64,000 nt of DNA, from contig JBNZDD010013718.1 of assembly GCA_050575255.1 (NCBI GenBank), positions 5,435,605-5,499,604 on the forward strand. The letters are read 5' to 3'. Origin of the DNA: Harriotta raleighana (taxonomy: Eukaryota). Below, one piece after another: positions 1-10,600 of the stretch. The translations under genes were made by a program, and so were the position numbers. The first letter of the stretch is position 1. Every line of letters begins with the position of its first letter. The notes under the pieces are model-generated. The model ran no database searches. It was not told where the DNA came from and was given only the letters and a program-made list of their open reading frames with translations.

Positions 1-171
1 AACGGTCTGAGCTGTGGAGTTGCGTATTGTTGTTGTTGCTGCTGTTTTTTTTCTCTATTGCTCACTCAATCTCTCCCTCTTTCTTCTCCCCCCACCCCCC
101 CCCTTTCTTTTTCTCTCACTCTCTTTTTCAGGCATGAACATCAAATGAGGCTGATCTGGTAAAGCCCTTAC

Positions 172-302
172 CCTGAGCGCCTCTTCCCTCCGCGGGCAGG
201 CACAGCTCCTATGACCCTCACCTGCCCTGGGCCTGGTGCTGCCACTGGGTTGGTGGCCGGTGCTGTCAGTGCGACAGGTTCGGGAGGAACTTCGGAACTC
301 AT
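172..302 (-). CDS. ARNT2: ARNT2 first coding exon in this window (equivalent to mammalian exon 2); the gene continues off the left edge
   Basis: Translates MSSEVPPEPVALTAPATNPVAAPGPGQVRVIGAVPARGGKRRSG, matching recalled ARNT2 (E)MASDIPG...GQVRMAGAMPARGGKRRSG. Ends in phase 2 at a GTAAGG donor (171). Synteny with CTXND1/FAH/ZFAND6 agrees. Confidence 0.9.
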
Positions 303-389
303 CTCCCGACGGGGTGGGGAGCGGGAGGAGAAAGGAGGAGATGGGGAAGAAGAGAAAGGTAGAGGAAGAGCGAGAGAGGTAGGTGAGGG

Positions 390-690
390 GGGCGGGGGGG
401 GGGGCGGAGGAGTGCTAAGAACTAACGGCTGCTCCGGCGAACGGCGTCACCGACCAGATGCGAAGCACTCACTCAGCCCCGCGCGCGCAGCGGCCGCGTA
501 ACCGGGACAACGGACCGCACTTGGCAATCAGTGCGCACGCGCGGTCCCGTAGCCCTTCCCTCTCCACTACACATGCGTACCAGGTCTCTCCCACTGCGCA
601 TGCGGAACAGGTCACTTCCCTCCCGCCGCTGCGCATGCGGACCAGGGTCTCTCCCTCCCACCCATCTCCTCCTCCGGGCTGGGGAGAGGG
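390..690 (-). promoter_or_regulatory. CpG island, likely ARNT2 promoter, with GC boxes and NRF1-type motifs
   Basis: Only strongly CpG-rich stretch in the window. GGGCGG boxes near 390-408; TGCGCACGCGCG at 532-543; TGCGCATGCG at 595-604 and 630-639. Confidence 0.7.
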
Positions 691-1044
691 GTGAAATTGA
701 GGGTTCTTGGATGAAATGTTCATTACACCAAGGATCTAAAGAGAGGATAGAGAGATAGCATGTGTGAATAGATATAAAGAGAGGGAGTGGTGAGATAGAG
801 ATTAAGTGAGATGGGGCTGAGGAGGAGAGAGAGAAATGGAGAATGATGGAAAGATAATAATAATACTTAGATGTATATAGTGCTTTCCACATCTTATCAA
901 TGTCCCAAAGCGCTTTACAGATAGATTGAGATAGAATGAGATGGGTTGAGATGGAGAGATTGTAATAGAGTGTGATCGAGAGCTCTGGAGGATTTGTCAA
1001 GTCATTGGGAGAAACTCCTTTTTGAATAATATCATGAGACCTTT

Positions 1045-1200
1045 TAAAGTTCACCAGAACAGGCAGATGGGACTTTATTTAATCCCTTGTCCCAAGACGC
1101 ACCTAACTATATGGTGGTCCCTCAGCACCACATTCACGTGTCAGACAAGACTGAGTTCAAAGTGCCAAAATGGGGTTTCAACCAGCAACCTTCTGTCTTT
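1045..1200 (-). mobile_element. Degenerate Deu-domain SINE fragment
   Basis: Reverse complement resembles the Deu core (tgctgaggga...gtgcgtcttgggacaagggattaaa...ccatctgcctgttctggtgaac). A minus-strand SINE/L2 tail lies nearby at ~855-920. Confidence 0.45.
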
Positions 1201-2205
1201 GATTTTTGAAAAATGTATTAACTAAACTTTATAGTGGTGACAGTGCAATGCTAAGCATCGCAACCAACCAGAAACAAAATTAAGCAAAGCAATGTGCACA
1301 AGAAAAAATAATACATCAAACGCAGAAATGTTTTTGTCATTCCTAGAACAGCACAAGAATTACAATAATCACACGTTAATTAAAATAAGCAGCAGTCCCA
1401 AGGTCAATTATTGCTGGTAGGAACACATTCATGCCGAGTATTAATCCAGAGATGTTTCTAAAAGTTCAGAAAGAAATTAAACTGGGGGAAATCTGAGTGA
1501 TTCTTTCGTAGGGAGAAGAGTCCTGAGGATTCCCACCAAAATTGGAAGCATGAAAAAAGTTGCCCTGGACTGAATTACTGTTTCACACTTATTTATTAAA
1601 TTTCTATGTATTCCAAGCATTTTCAAAAAATATTTCTTATTTGTATGAAATTAAACAGTATTGCAACTGTATTACAGTATTAAACAGTATTACAGTTCTG
1701 TTTCAGAAGCCAAATTGAAAAGCACTATTGATATCAATACTGAAAGCAGAAGCATCTGTTCACCTATTATTTCACAATTCATGCAAATCAATAGTTCCCC
1801 CAAAACAGTCATTGAATATAACAACAATCACTGCAATCAAAAGTGTATTAATCACATGAGATGTTCATTCTTGGTTTATCTGTTGTTTGCTCATGGATTT
1901 TCTTTGAATAAAATATTCAACAATGAAGACAACCATCTTCTATGGCCTTTTTCATAAGAGATTAGCACAGCATTTTTATTTTATCCTTGCTGTGTTACAT
2001 AAGCACTAATTAATTATATTGATGGAATACTAATTTCTATTTAGGATGCCAGTTGCAAATGATTCATCTGTCCTATTCTGCTTATTTCTTAGAGCAATGT
2101 AGAACAAACATTACAGGAAGATTGCTTTTATGGTAAAGCACAATGTCCTTTGGCACTTTCTGACCCTTGGGATTAAAACTGTCTGGTGGTCCATTTAAAC
2201 TAACC

Positions 2206-2219
2206 GTTACCATGGTAAC
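2206..2219. promoter_or_regulatory. Perfect RFX X-box palindrome GTTACCATGGTAAC
   Basis: Exact 14-bp palindrome fitting the GTNRCC-AT-GGYAAC consensus, ~1.9 kb upstream of the ARNT2 ATG. Confidence 0.5.
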
Positions 2220-2877
2220 TGGACCTAGCAATTAACAAAGGCCAAAACCATCATTGATCCTGAATATAAAATTATATAATCTTAAGAGAAAAGTCGGTAC
2301 TGCCAATTGAATGAAAATATAAAGAAATTATGATCCTATATTTTTAAAGTCCCACATTTAAAGTTATGAATTGTTAGAATTGTTTCATTGTATGACCAAT
2401 ACAGGAGTCAATTGTGGGTAAATCGACCAAAATAAAATTCCACATGCTGAACCAATTAATCTCTTCATGCCCTTCACTCAGTAAAGCATATGATGGTTAT
2501 GTTTCCAGAATACATCTGGACCCGGTGGTGTGAAATTCCATTTGAGCACATAAATACCTCAGAATACACCAGTAGAACCACAAAATAAAATTAACTGCTT
2601 TAAATACTCTTCCCCATACACTCCAATTAGTGATAAAGGGAACAGAAATTGAATGTTAACTGGTTGTCAATGCTATACTTGTGAGTTTGCAGAGTTTCGC
2701 TGTATGACTGCTTTTTTGGGGGGGGAGGAGGGGGATTTCCCTGAACTGGCCAGATATCTCGTCAGAGCAGAAAGTAATATGCTAGGGACAAAGTTATGAT
2801 GTTATGATAGCCTCATAAAAAATACATAATGTACACACTTTTGCTTCACATTTCATAACAAAAAGCTATTGTTCACT

Positions 2878-3196
2878 AAACAGCTCACCTGGGTTCGATT
2901 CCAGGCAGGATGTAAATATAATTTTGATTTTGATTGATTGAGGGTGAAACCTTGGCAAGGTTTCCCTATCCCATATGCCTGCTAATAATCCCTCAAGAAA
3001 AAAAAATGTGGTCACTCAATACATGACTGTTTGTGGGACACTGCTGTATGAAGCGCTCTGACACACCATCCGGTGTGGAGAGCACTATATAAATCACACA
3101 AATATACAGACAATTCACTTTAAAGTATATTCTGTGAAGTGCTTTGAGACATCTAGAAGACACAAAAAGCACAATATCAAAGGATTATTATTATTA
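2878..3196 (+). mobile_element. tRNA-derived SINE with L2-like tail (partly deleted head)
   Basis: B-box GGTTCGATTCC, body shared with other copies (ccttggcaag...taataatccctc...gtttgtgggacactgctgt), tail ending (ATT)n. Confidence 0.8.
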
Positions 3197-3950
3197 ATTT
3201 AAAAAATCATTGTTGAGCTTTAGTCCAACAATCAAAATGTCAATTTCACCAAATCTAAAGAGACCAGCTGTTCAGAGTTTCCATCACTGTGCTGGACCTA
3301 TTCCAATTACTCTCTAAAAGTTTTATTCCATCTCTTTGTGGAAATATCAAGGTGACTAATACTGTTGACACTTAAATATCTGCTTGCAATGTAACAGCAA
3401 TTGTTTCCTATAAGAAAAAATGCATAATACTGTATGAAATATGAAAAATCTTTGTTGATGATACAAAATAATTGAAACTCACTGACACCTACCAATTGTT
3501 GACATAACAATCTTTTGGAAACTCGTCATGATGGGAAATCCTTACATAAAGACTTCATGAAAATTGCTATTTTTGAGTTGTGGTATAATAGACTCCAGTA
3601 AACAAATAACAAAACATTGAATTGTTGCTGTGCTCTTCAATGCACTGAATGCAGTGGTGATGTTGTTACACTGTCAAAAGTAGCCTGGCTACTTTCATAT
3701 TTGTTGTACTTTTAGAATGAATTTCCATCAAAGCACATCAAACATCAGAATCTCATGAGAAAGTCTCTGTGCTGAACCAGAGGAAATGAAATGAAATGTT
3801 CAGGGGGAACTCATAGGGACTGATCTATAACAGACTGATCCACACACCACTGAATCTTCCTTAACACAAAATCAGGTGTACAATCCCAATTCATTAAAAA
3901 ATAATGTCCCCATTTGGTTACATAGCTTGACCACAACTCACTGTCTAGGC

Positions 3951-4209
3951 CACTGGTTCCCAATCTTTTTTTCGGTGACCCTAAATTGCCCACAACAGGT
4001 CCTCCTGAAGTGAAGCTCAGCCAAGACGATATTTCCTTCTCTTTTGTGGACTCGCTAATAAGGTCTTTCATACAAATTGGTCGGCAGGGTCGCCTCGAGC
4101 ACATATCAGCATTAAAAAATAAAAATGAAAACTCTGATGATCCTTCGCGACCCTAATGAGGACCCCCGTGACCCTGATTTGGGTCGGGAACTGAGGTTGG
4201 GAACCACTG
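3951..4209. mobile_element. Non-autonomous hAT (Charlie-like) DNA transposon / MITE
   Basis: TIRs CACTGGTTCCCAATCT and (reverse complement) CAGTGGTTCCCAACCT. 8-bp TSD gtctaggc / gtctaggt (7 of 8), resembling the Charlie NTCTAGAN target. Confidence 0.8.
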
Positions 4210-5288
4210 GTCTAGGTTAACAGACAAATGGCCACTTGGTATAGGAACTTGTCCCACCCATTAAATTATATCCCAGCATGAGCCAGTGTCTTCAGGAGAG
4301 AAACAGTAACAAAGAAAATGAAAGAAAAACGTGACTTCATTCAAGTTAGTACAGCATACATTTCATTTAAAAATGGGAATTGAAAACGACCATTTAATGC
4401 AACCCTAGCTTTTATTACATTGATTAATAATTAAAGAAAAGTACTATATCATAATTGAGATAGATCTATTTTGACATAAATATGAGAAAGCAGCCTCAAT
4501 AATCCATTAGAAAAATAAAGCTTTAAAGACATTCAGACAGAAAATAAAGATTACAATTTATTTTGTGCACTTTTGACCATTTTTCAAGAACAACACTATA
4601 CCACCAAGGCACCAAATGAAACATCAATAATGTTTCAGTGTGGTTAGTGAAATATTTCTACATCGGAAGATTGTTATTCCATTTTCTGGTTATGGAAACT
4701 CAGCATTAGCATTTAATAAAAGGATCATCTCCAATTTATTAAAAACACAGTATTGGAAAATGTTTCTAGAAACAACCTGCCTACACTTTGCAAAGCCAGC
4801 TTACGTAAAGTCAATTATTTGATGTAATATTTTATTGTTTCAAATTCAAGAAGTTAAAAAATTAAATAAAACATACATTATGAAGTTCTAGGAATGTGGT
4901 AACCTTCTTAGGAAGAGTCAGTCTTCCAATTGAGCCAAAAGAGACATGCCATTATTTCGTTTTGATCACTGAATGGTTCAAATCAGGGCATCTTAGGTTA
5001 CAAATGCAATTTAGCATTTGTGCCCAACTTGTACGATTTAGTGTCTTAATTCGCTAAGGATTCCAGTACTTGAATCAGATTATGCATTTACTAAATTCAG
5101 CAATACTATTATTGAGTCTTCACCAACATAGCATTGGCAATCAATGTTACAGGTTGTGGAAGTGCAGACAACAAATCAATCCAATATAATTCTAACAAAT
5201 TAACAGATTGTTTATCTTTCATGACATATGTAATAGTGCTTTTTTTCACCTCCGCAGCAGCATATATTGAATGTTATTGTAACTGATA

Positions 5289-5663
5289 GAGTCCTGTAGC
5301 TCAGTGATTGGAGCATTCGTCTTACAAGTGAGTTACCAGGATTCAAATCCCGGCAGGGTGAAATGTTGGCAAGTTTTCTTACTCCACATGCCTCCGTTTA
5401 CCTTGCAGTAAGTAAGAACCCGGTTGTTAATCAAATGGCAGATTGCTTTTCGGGGAATAAAAATCCCTCAAGAAAACCCCTCCAATAATAAATTGGTCAC
5501 TTTAATCCAAACCTGGTTATGGGACACTGTTATACACAATTGGCTAACAAGTTTCACCCACAAATAAACAGTCAATTCACTTTATAGTCTATTCTGTGAA
5601 GCATTTTGAAACATCTAGAAAACATGAAAAGTGCTATATCAAATACAAGGGTTATTATTATTA
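5289..5663 (+). mobile_element. tRNA-derived SINE, long variant
   Basis: A box TAGCTCAGTGA, degenerate B box, extra ~60-bp internal segment, Deu-type 3' body and (ATT)n tail. Confidence 0.85.
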
Positions 5664-5934
5664 TGGTTGGAAGATTAAGAACATAGGGATTGTTTTGGGC
5701 AGACAGGTTGGTTTTATTACTACTTCTGGATAAATATTGTATTTAAACTGTATCAATAATTACATCTTTTTAAGTGATAGAAACTCTACATTTCTATAAA
5801 AAAAACAATGTGCTGTTTAAGAGTACAATAATTGTAACCAGCACAATTCGCACACATTTATTAGCCTCTGTTTGTTAATCGACACACTACAACATTTGTT
5901 TTCTCAGCATCCAGTCAAAGTTGGGCAGTGCTAT

Positions 5935-6048
5935 AATAATAATAATAATAATCCTTGCATTTGATATAGCGCTTTCCACATCTTCTAGATGCCTCAAAGT
6001 GCTTAATAGAATATACTGTAAAGTGAATTGACTGCATATTTGTGGGCT
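5935..6048 (-). mobile_element. 3' fragment of the same SINE, inverted
   Basis: (AAT)n-ccttgcatttgatatagcgctttccacatcttctaga... is the reverse complement of the SINE tail. Confidence 0.85.
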
Positions 6049-6121
6049 ACAACACTAGATCAGGGTAAATCACTGTGTGACTGGAAGAGATTTATTTATT
6101 GAGCATCGGAGGAGAGCTAAG

Positions 6122-6459
6122 GAGCTCCTGTGGCTCAGTGGTTAGAGCACTCGCCTTACAAGCCTTACAAGCATGAGACATGTGTTCGAATCCAGGCAGA
6201 TCAGGGCGAAACCTTGGGCAAGTTTCCTTACTCCACATGCCTAATAATAATCCCTCCAACAAAACCACAATAATAAAATTGGTCATTTCAATCCACGACT
6301 GTTTGTGGGACACTGCTGTGCGCAATTGGCTGCCGCGTTCCGCCCACAAATATACAGTCAATTCACTTTACAGTATACTCTGTGAAGCGCTTTGGGACGT
6401 TGATAAGATGTGAAAAGCGCTATACCAAATGCAAGGATTATTATTATTATTATTATTAT
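6122..6459 (+). mobile_element. Full-length tRNA-derived SINE, short variant
   Basis: A box TGGCTCAGTGG, B box GTTCGAATCC, 9-bp tandem duplication gccttacaa in the anticodon arm, tail caaatgcaagg(ATT)n. Confidence 0.9.
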
Positions 6460-6842
6460 AGCCCAATTTGCTATCAAGGCTGAAACCAGTGAGACAAGAT
6501 AAATCAAATGGTAGGCATTAATTGAGACTGAGGTTGTCTGGTTTGAGGAAAGAGAAGGGAATTGGCATAGTATTACAATATTTTTCTTTAGTAGAGGAGT
6601 TGGCACAATGAATGGATCGAAAGATCTCCTCATTCTGTAATTTTTGCAGAAATTTGTAGAAAGGATAAATTCTGAGGGGAAGAGAATTGAGTTGTAAGAC
6701 CTTCCAGCCAACTTGAGGAGAGATATGCCAGCACAGAAAATGATTGTGATCTTTCTTCTCATGTGCAATTGATGAGAGATAGGACACTATTGTATTGGGA
6801 AAAGTGCAGAATATAACTCAGAATATCAGTTATTCTGTGGAA

Positions 6843-7299
6843 CTCTGCAGCCTGTGTCCTCTCCAAGCTTTGTGACCCCCATCTCACCCATCCTTGCCTG
6901 ACTCCACTGGCTGCCCATCACCCAGAGGATTCAACTGGTCCTCACATTCAAAACCTTCCATGGCCTCACCCCACCCTACCTCTGCGACCTCCTTATCCCC
7001 TGCCAATCTGCCTGCCCCCTCCACTCACCATTGGTGGGTGAGCCTTCAGTCACTCTGCCCGCAACCTCTGGAATTCCGTCCAGCAATCCCTCCACCTCTC
7101 CCCCTCCCTAGCCTCCTTCAAGTCCCGCCTCAAGACCCTCTTCTTCAATGGACCCATTGACCACCCTAAATGCCTCCTTTCCCTCCACCTCCCTGTCCCC
7201 AACCCCAGTTTAGGTCTGAAACAATGACTGTCCAGCGCTTTGGGACATCAATCAATCCTCCTGATGTGAAAGGTGCTATACAAGTGTAATTTTGTTGTT
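6843..7299 (+). mobile_element. L2-clade LINE 3' fragment
   Basis: Degenerate ORF2 C-terminus (ctccactggctgccc = LHWLP motif), 3' stem cagcgctttgggac...gtgaaaggtgctata, tail (TTG)n. Confidence 0.8.
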
Positions 7300-7515
7300 C
7301 TTATTCACAATGTAATAATATCTACATTTAGAAATCCTCTCCCAGAATTTATCCAGCAAATTGCTGAGAAATACAGACATATTTCTGGTCTCAGTTTACA
7401 TTCTAACTACAAATTGTCATTTACCTTGGCCCAGGGAAGGATATCATCTCCCATCCATCGACTCCTTTTTAATCCAACAAATTATTTACACTTTCTATGT
7501 AAGTGCATGTCTACG

Positions 7516-7670
7516 TGAGTGTGTTTCTTTGTATAAATGCGTATGTGTCTCTCCATCTGTGTGTGCGTGTATACCTATGTGTGTGAGTGTGCGTGTCTCT
7601 CTCTCTGAAAATGTGCCTCTCTGCGTCTGTGACCCTCCATCTCTGGTTGTGCATCTCTTTCTCTCTGCGT
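7516..7670. repeat. Degenerate (TG)n/(CT)n microsatellite
   Basis: Interrupted gtgt and ctct runs. Confidence 0.75.
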
Positions 7671-10600
7671 TTCAACCTCATTGCGCATAGGAAACAAACA
7701 AGTCATAGAGTGAGTGGAGCAGAAACCCAAAATATATTGAACGAATGTATTCACATTTGAGTCCAACAACTGCCTGGTTCTTACCACTGGTGGCTGGGGA
7801 GCAGATGGGAGCTTTGAGGAAACTCCAGAATGATCTGGTCGATGATCACCACTGACTCGAATGTTAGGAAGTGATGGAAATGAGCTCAAAAAAAAATCAC
7901 AAGAAAAATCATTCCTGTGCAAAGGGCAGCGATGGATGAGGTTGGAACACTTGTAGGTTAAGTACCCATCACTGGAATGTTTGTCTTTGGCAATGAAAAA
8001 TACATTAGTCACTCCAGGCTTCCATTAAATAAAAATAAAAGACTTAAGGAACTGTCTGTGACACTGGACTGCTGCCAAATGTCAGCGCCCAGTTTCTCTA
8101 CTCGTTATTAGCTTTCCTGGAGCCATGTAACCTTTTTACTTATTCTCCAATTAGAGACATCCAAGGGGGTATTCTGAGCCTCAGAATACGATGCAAATCG
8201 TGTATTTTTTTTGTTCAAGCAAAAAGTTTTCCGAAGTTAGGCTCTGAATTGCAAATTTCCCAAACAGAACGACTTTTAAGTGTGTATTTCAACCCACACC
8301 TTGCTGATGGAATTCTTGGGCAGTGCCCTTAGTATCTTTGTTTCATCATGTGCTTGGGGGCAGCAAGCAGCAGTTAGGAAGACTTGTATCTGATTCCAAA
8401 GCACAACCTCTTCGTTATTCCATTAGGTGGAGTGAGTGTGTGTGTGTGTGTGGGGGGGGGGACACACCTCAGTGGTATTTGCCTAGCAGACAAGAAAGGC
8501 CATGGGATAGGTCGAGCAGAGGCTGCAGCCAAAGCTCCAGTATTGAGACTGCAGTTGCCCTGAGAGCTGCAAGGGGAGATGAAATGTGCTGAATGAAGCC
8601 CTTCAGTTGGCAGCACCATGTGGGGCTGGACGGTACTGCCCTCACTGCAGACTCCACAGCCCAGGCACTGCAGTAAGTGAAACTGATAATGAAGCGAGCA
8701 GCTTCACCTGAACCTGTGGAGAGATTTCATGTGTAAGAGAGAGTGGGATTTGTGCGAGTGGCCGAGGCAGACTGGACTGTGTCTGGGTGAATGACTCTGG
8801 TGGCCTGAGTAAAATGAGTTAGGTTTTTGAGGGGGTTGGGGGGGAATAGTTATTATGTTCAGGCAACTGCTGTTTTCCCCTTTATCGTTGGGTGATAAAA
8901 GCCTGATGTTTGCAGTTGGGTTAAGTTGCCACAAACAGGTTTGTTGCATTCAATTTGTTTTTGAAAAGGGGAGTTTATCCACCTAAGGGTAGTGTGTAAC
9001 ACTATAATTGAATATACACTTAGCATGTGTCATAACTATTATTTTGCTATGTAATGTAAGCTTCCTTTCACACTTTAATGTAATGCCCAATACATAACAA
9101 GTGTGTTTGTGATGGATACTGCATCATTTTCTAGATCTGTAAAGTTTGGTGGTGTTATTTGAAATGTTGAGCACTAAAGCTACTAACTGTATGTTAATAC
9201 CAAATTGTCCTTTTTTAAATAGTGAAAGGAAACAATCGTTAAAAACAGTAAGTGTTAGAATACAGATACCAAGGCATTTGTAGCTATCGGTGACTAAGTT
9301 TACTGTTTTGTACTGTATATAGCTTGGCAAGATCATTGCAAGAGATGTTACCAAGAGTTAGCAAAATTAAATTGTAAAAATATGAGATTGTATGAACTGT
9401 AGTTTAGTTTCCCCTGTGAACGTTTATACACTTGTTTATTTTATCATTGCTGTGCTCGGGGGAGAGAAATCAAATGACTTTGAAGTTGCTGCATTGCTAA
9501 CTTCGATTTCAGAGTGAAGGGAACCATTAACTTTATACAATCCAGTATTTAGGAAAAGGGTAAAAAGGTGAATCAAGTAGCAATCCCATCAAGGAATTTA
9601 TATTTACTAAATCCTTAGCCATTGTGTTCTGATGCAGTTTAACACAGTGGACCTCAGGAGTCAAATAAAACAGACTTTTGTCGTTTTATTCCTTTGGCGA
9701 CAGTTGCTGAAACGCAAACACTCGAACAAAACCAAAAGCTTGTTCTTTTTAATAGAAGTTCTTGTTTATAATAACCAAGCAGGCAATATCATAGAAGACA
9801 ATTCTAGGTTAGTTTTGAAGGGTCAGTTTCTTACAAATTAAATGCAGAAAGATAAGAATTTACTCTGTTCCACACAGTAAGCTAATTGTTCTGTTTAGAC
9901 TATATGTTGAGTTTCCTTTTCACAAATTTGTCCCTGTGCATTTATTGACACTTAAAACTGTAATAATTGATATTAGATTCATATCATCAGCACCTTGGGA
10001 CATCCTCCCGAAGTGGAAAAAGCTGAATAAATGTGAATTTGCATTGTTTAACGGTCTATTATTCAGAATTTTAAATTGTATTTATTAGGAAGTGCAGGGG
10101 ACAAAATTGCAAAATAAGAATTAACCAATAGTTTGTCTGCAGCAATAAATTTATTACGTGGAACAGAATAATCTTATTGTTTTCTTGGCACCCAGAACAT
10201 TGCAGAGCCTCATTACTTAAAGTCACAGTGTTTGGGGATGATTATTTATATCCAAACACAATTAAATGTATTGTCACTTTTTAAGTTTTGACTTTTTGGG
10301 AGTTATTTAATACGATTTTCCTGACATTTCATGGCCTGAAACTGTACGCTGTCATGTGCAATTCACGAAAGCAAAGTAGCGAATTGTCTCTTTTTTGGTG
10401 GGTGTGGTGGCTCCTGAAAGATTTACAAGCAGAAGAATCCCCCGTTTCACCCCCGCATCTAACTTGATCTCCAAGGTCACATCTAACAAATTATCCAATA
10501 CAAGCTTTCTGAAATGCAAATTGTTTCTTCCAGTTGCAGCAGTAATGTCAATTTGCTATGGTTGATTACATTGCTTAAAAGAATGGAACTCGTGCTGTGA

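Noticed and set aside
211-1054. Several overlapping ORFs of 75-193 aa near the CpG island
   Set aside because: Low-complexity products of GC-rich and GA-rich sequence; the real coding signal is the minus-strand ARNT2 exon at 172-302.
6122-6200. tRNA-like cloverleaf with A and B boxes (also at 5289, 12452, 17001, 21909, 26416, 60946)
   Set aside because: Each is followed by the same SINE body and tail, with variable anticodon arms and poor acceptor stems, so these are SINE heads rather than tRNA genes.
9987-10008. RE1/REST-like TCAGCACCTTGGGACA
   Set aside because: Half-site spacing is off by one base, and it is simply an L2-type 3' tail stem.
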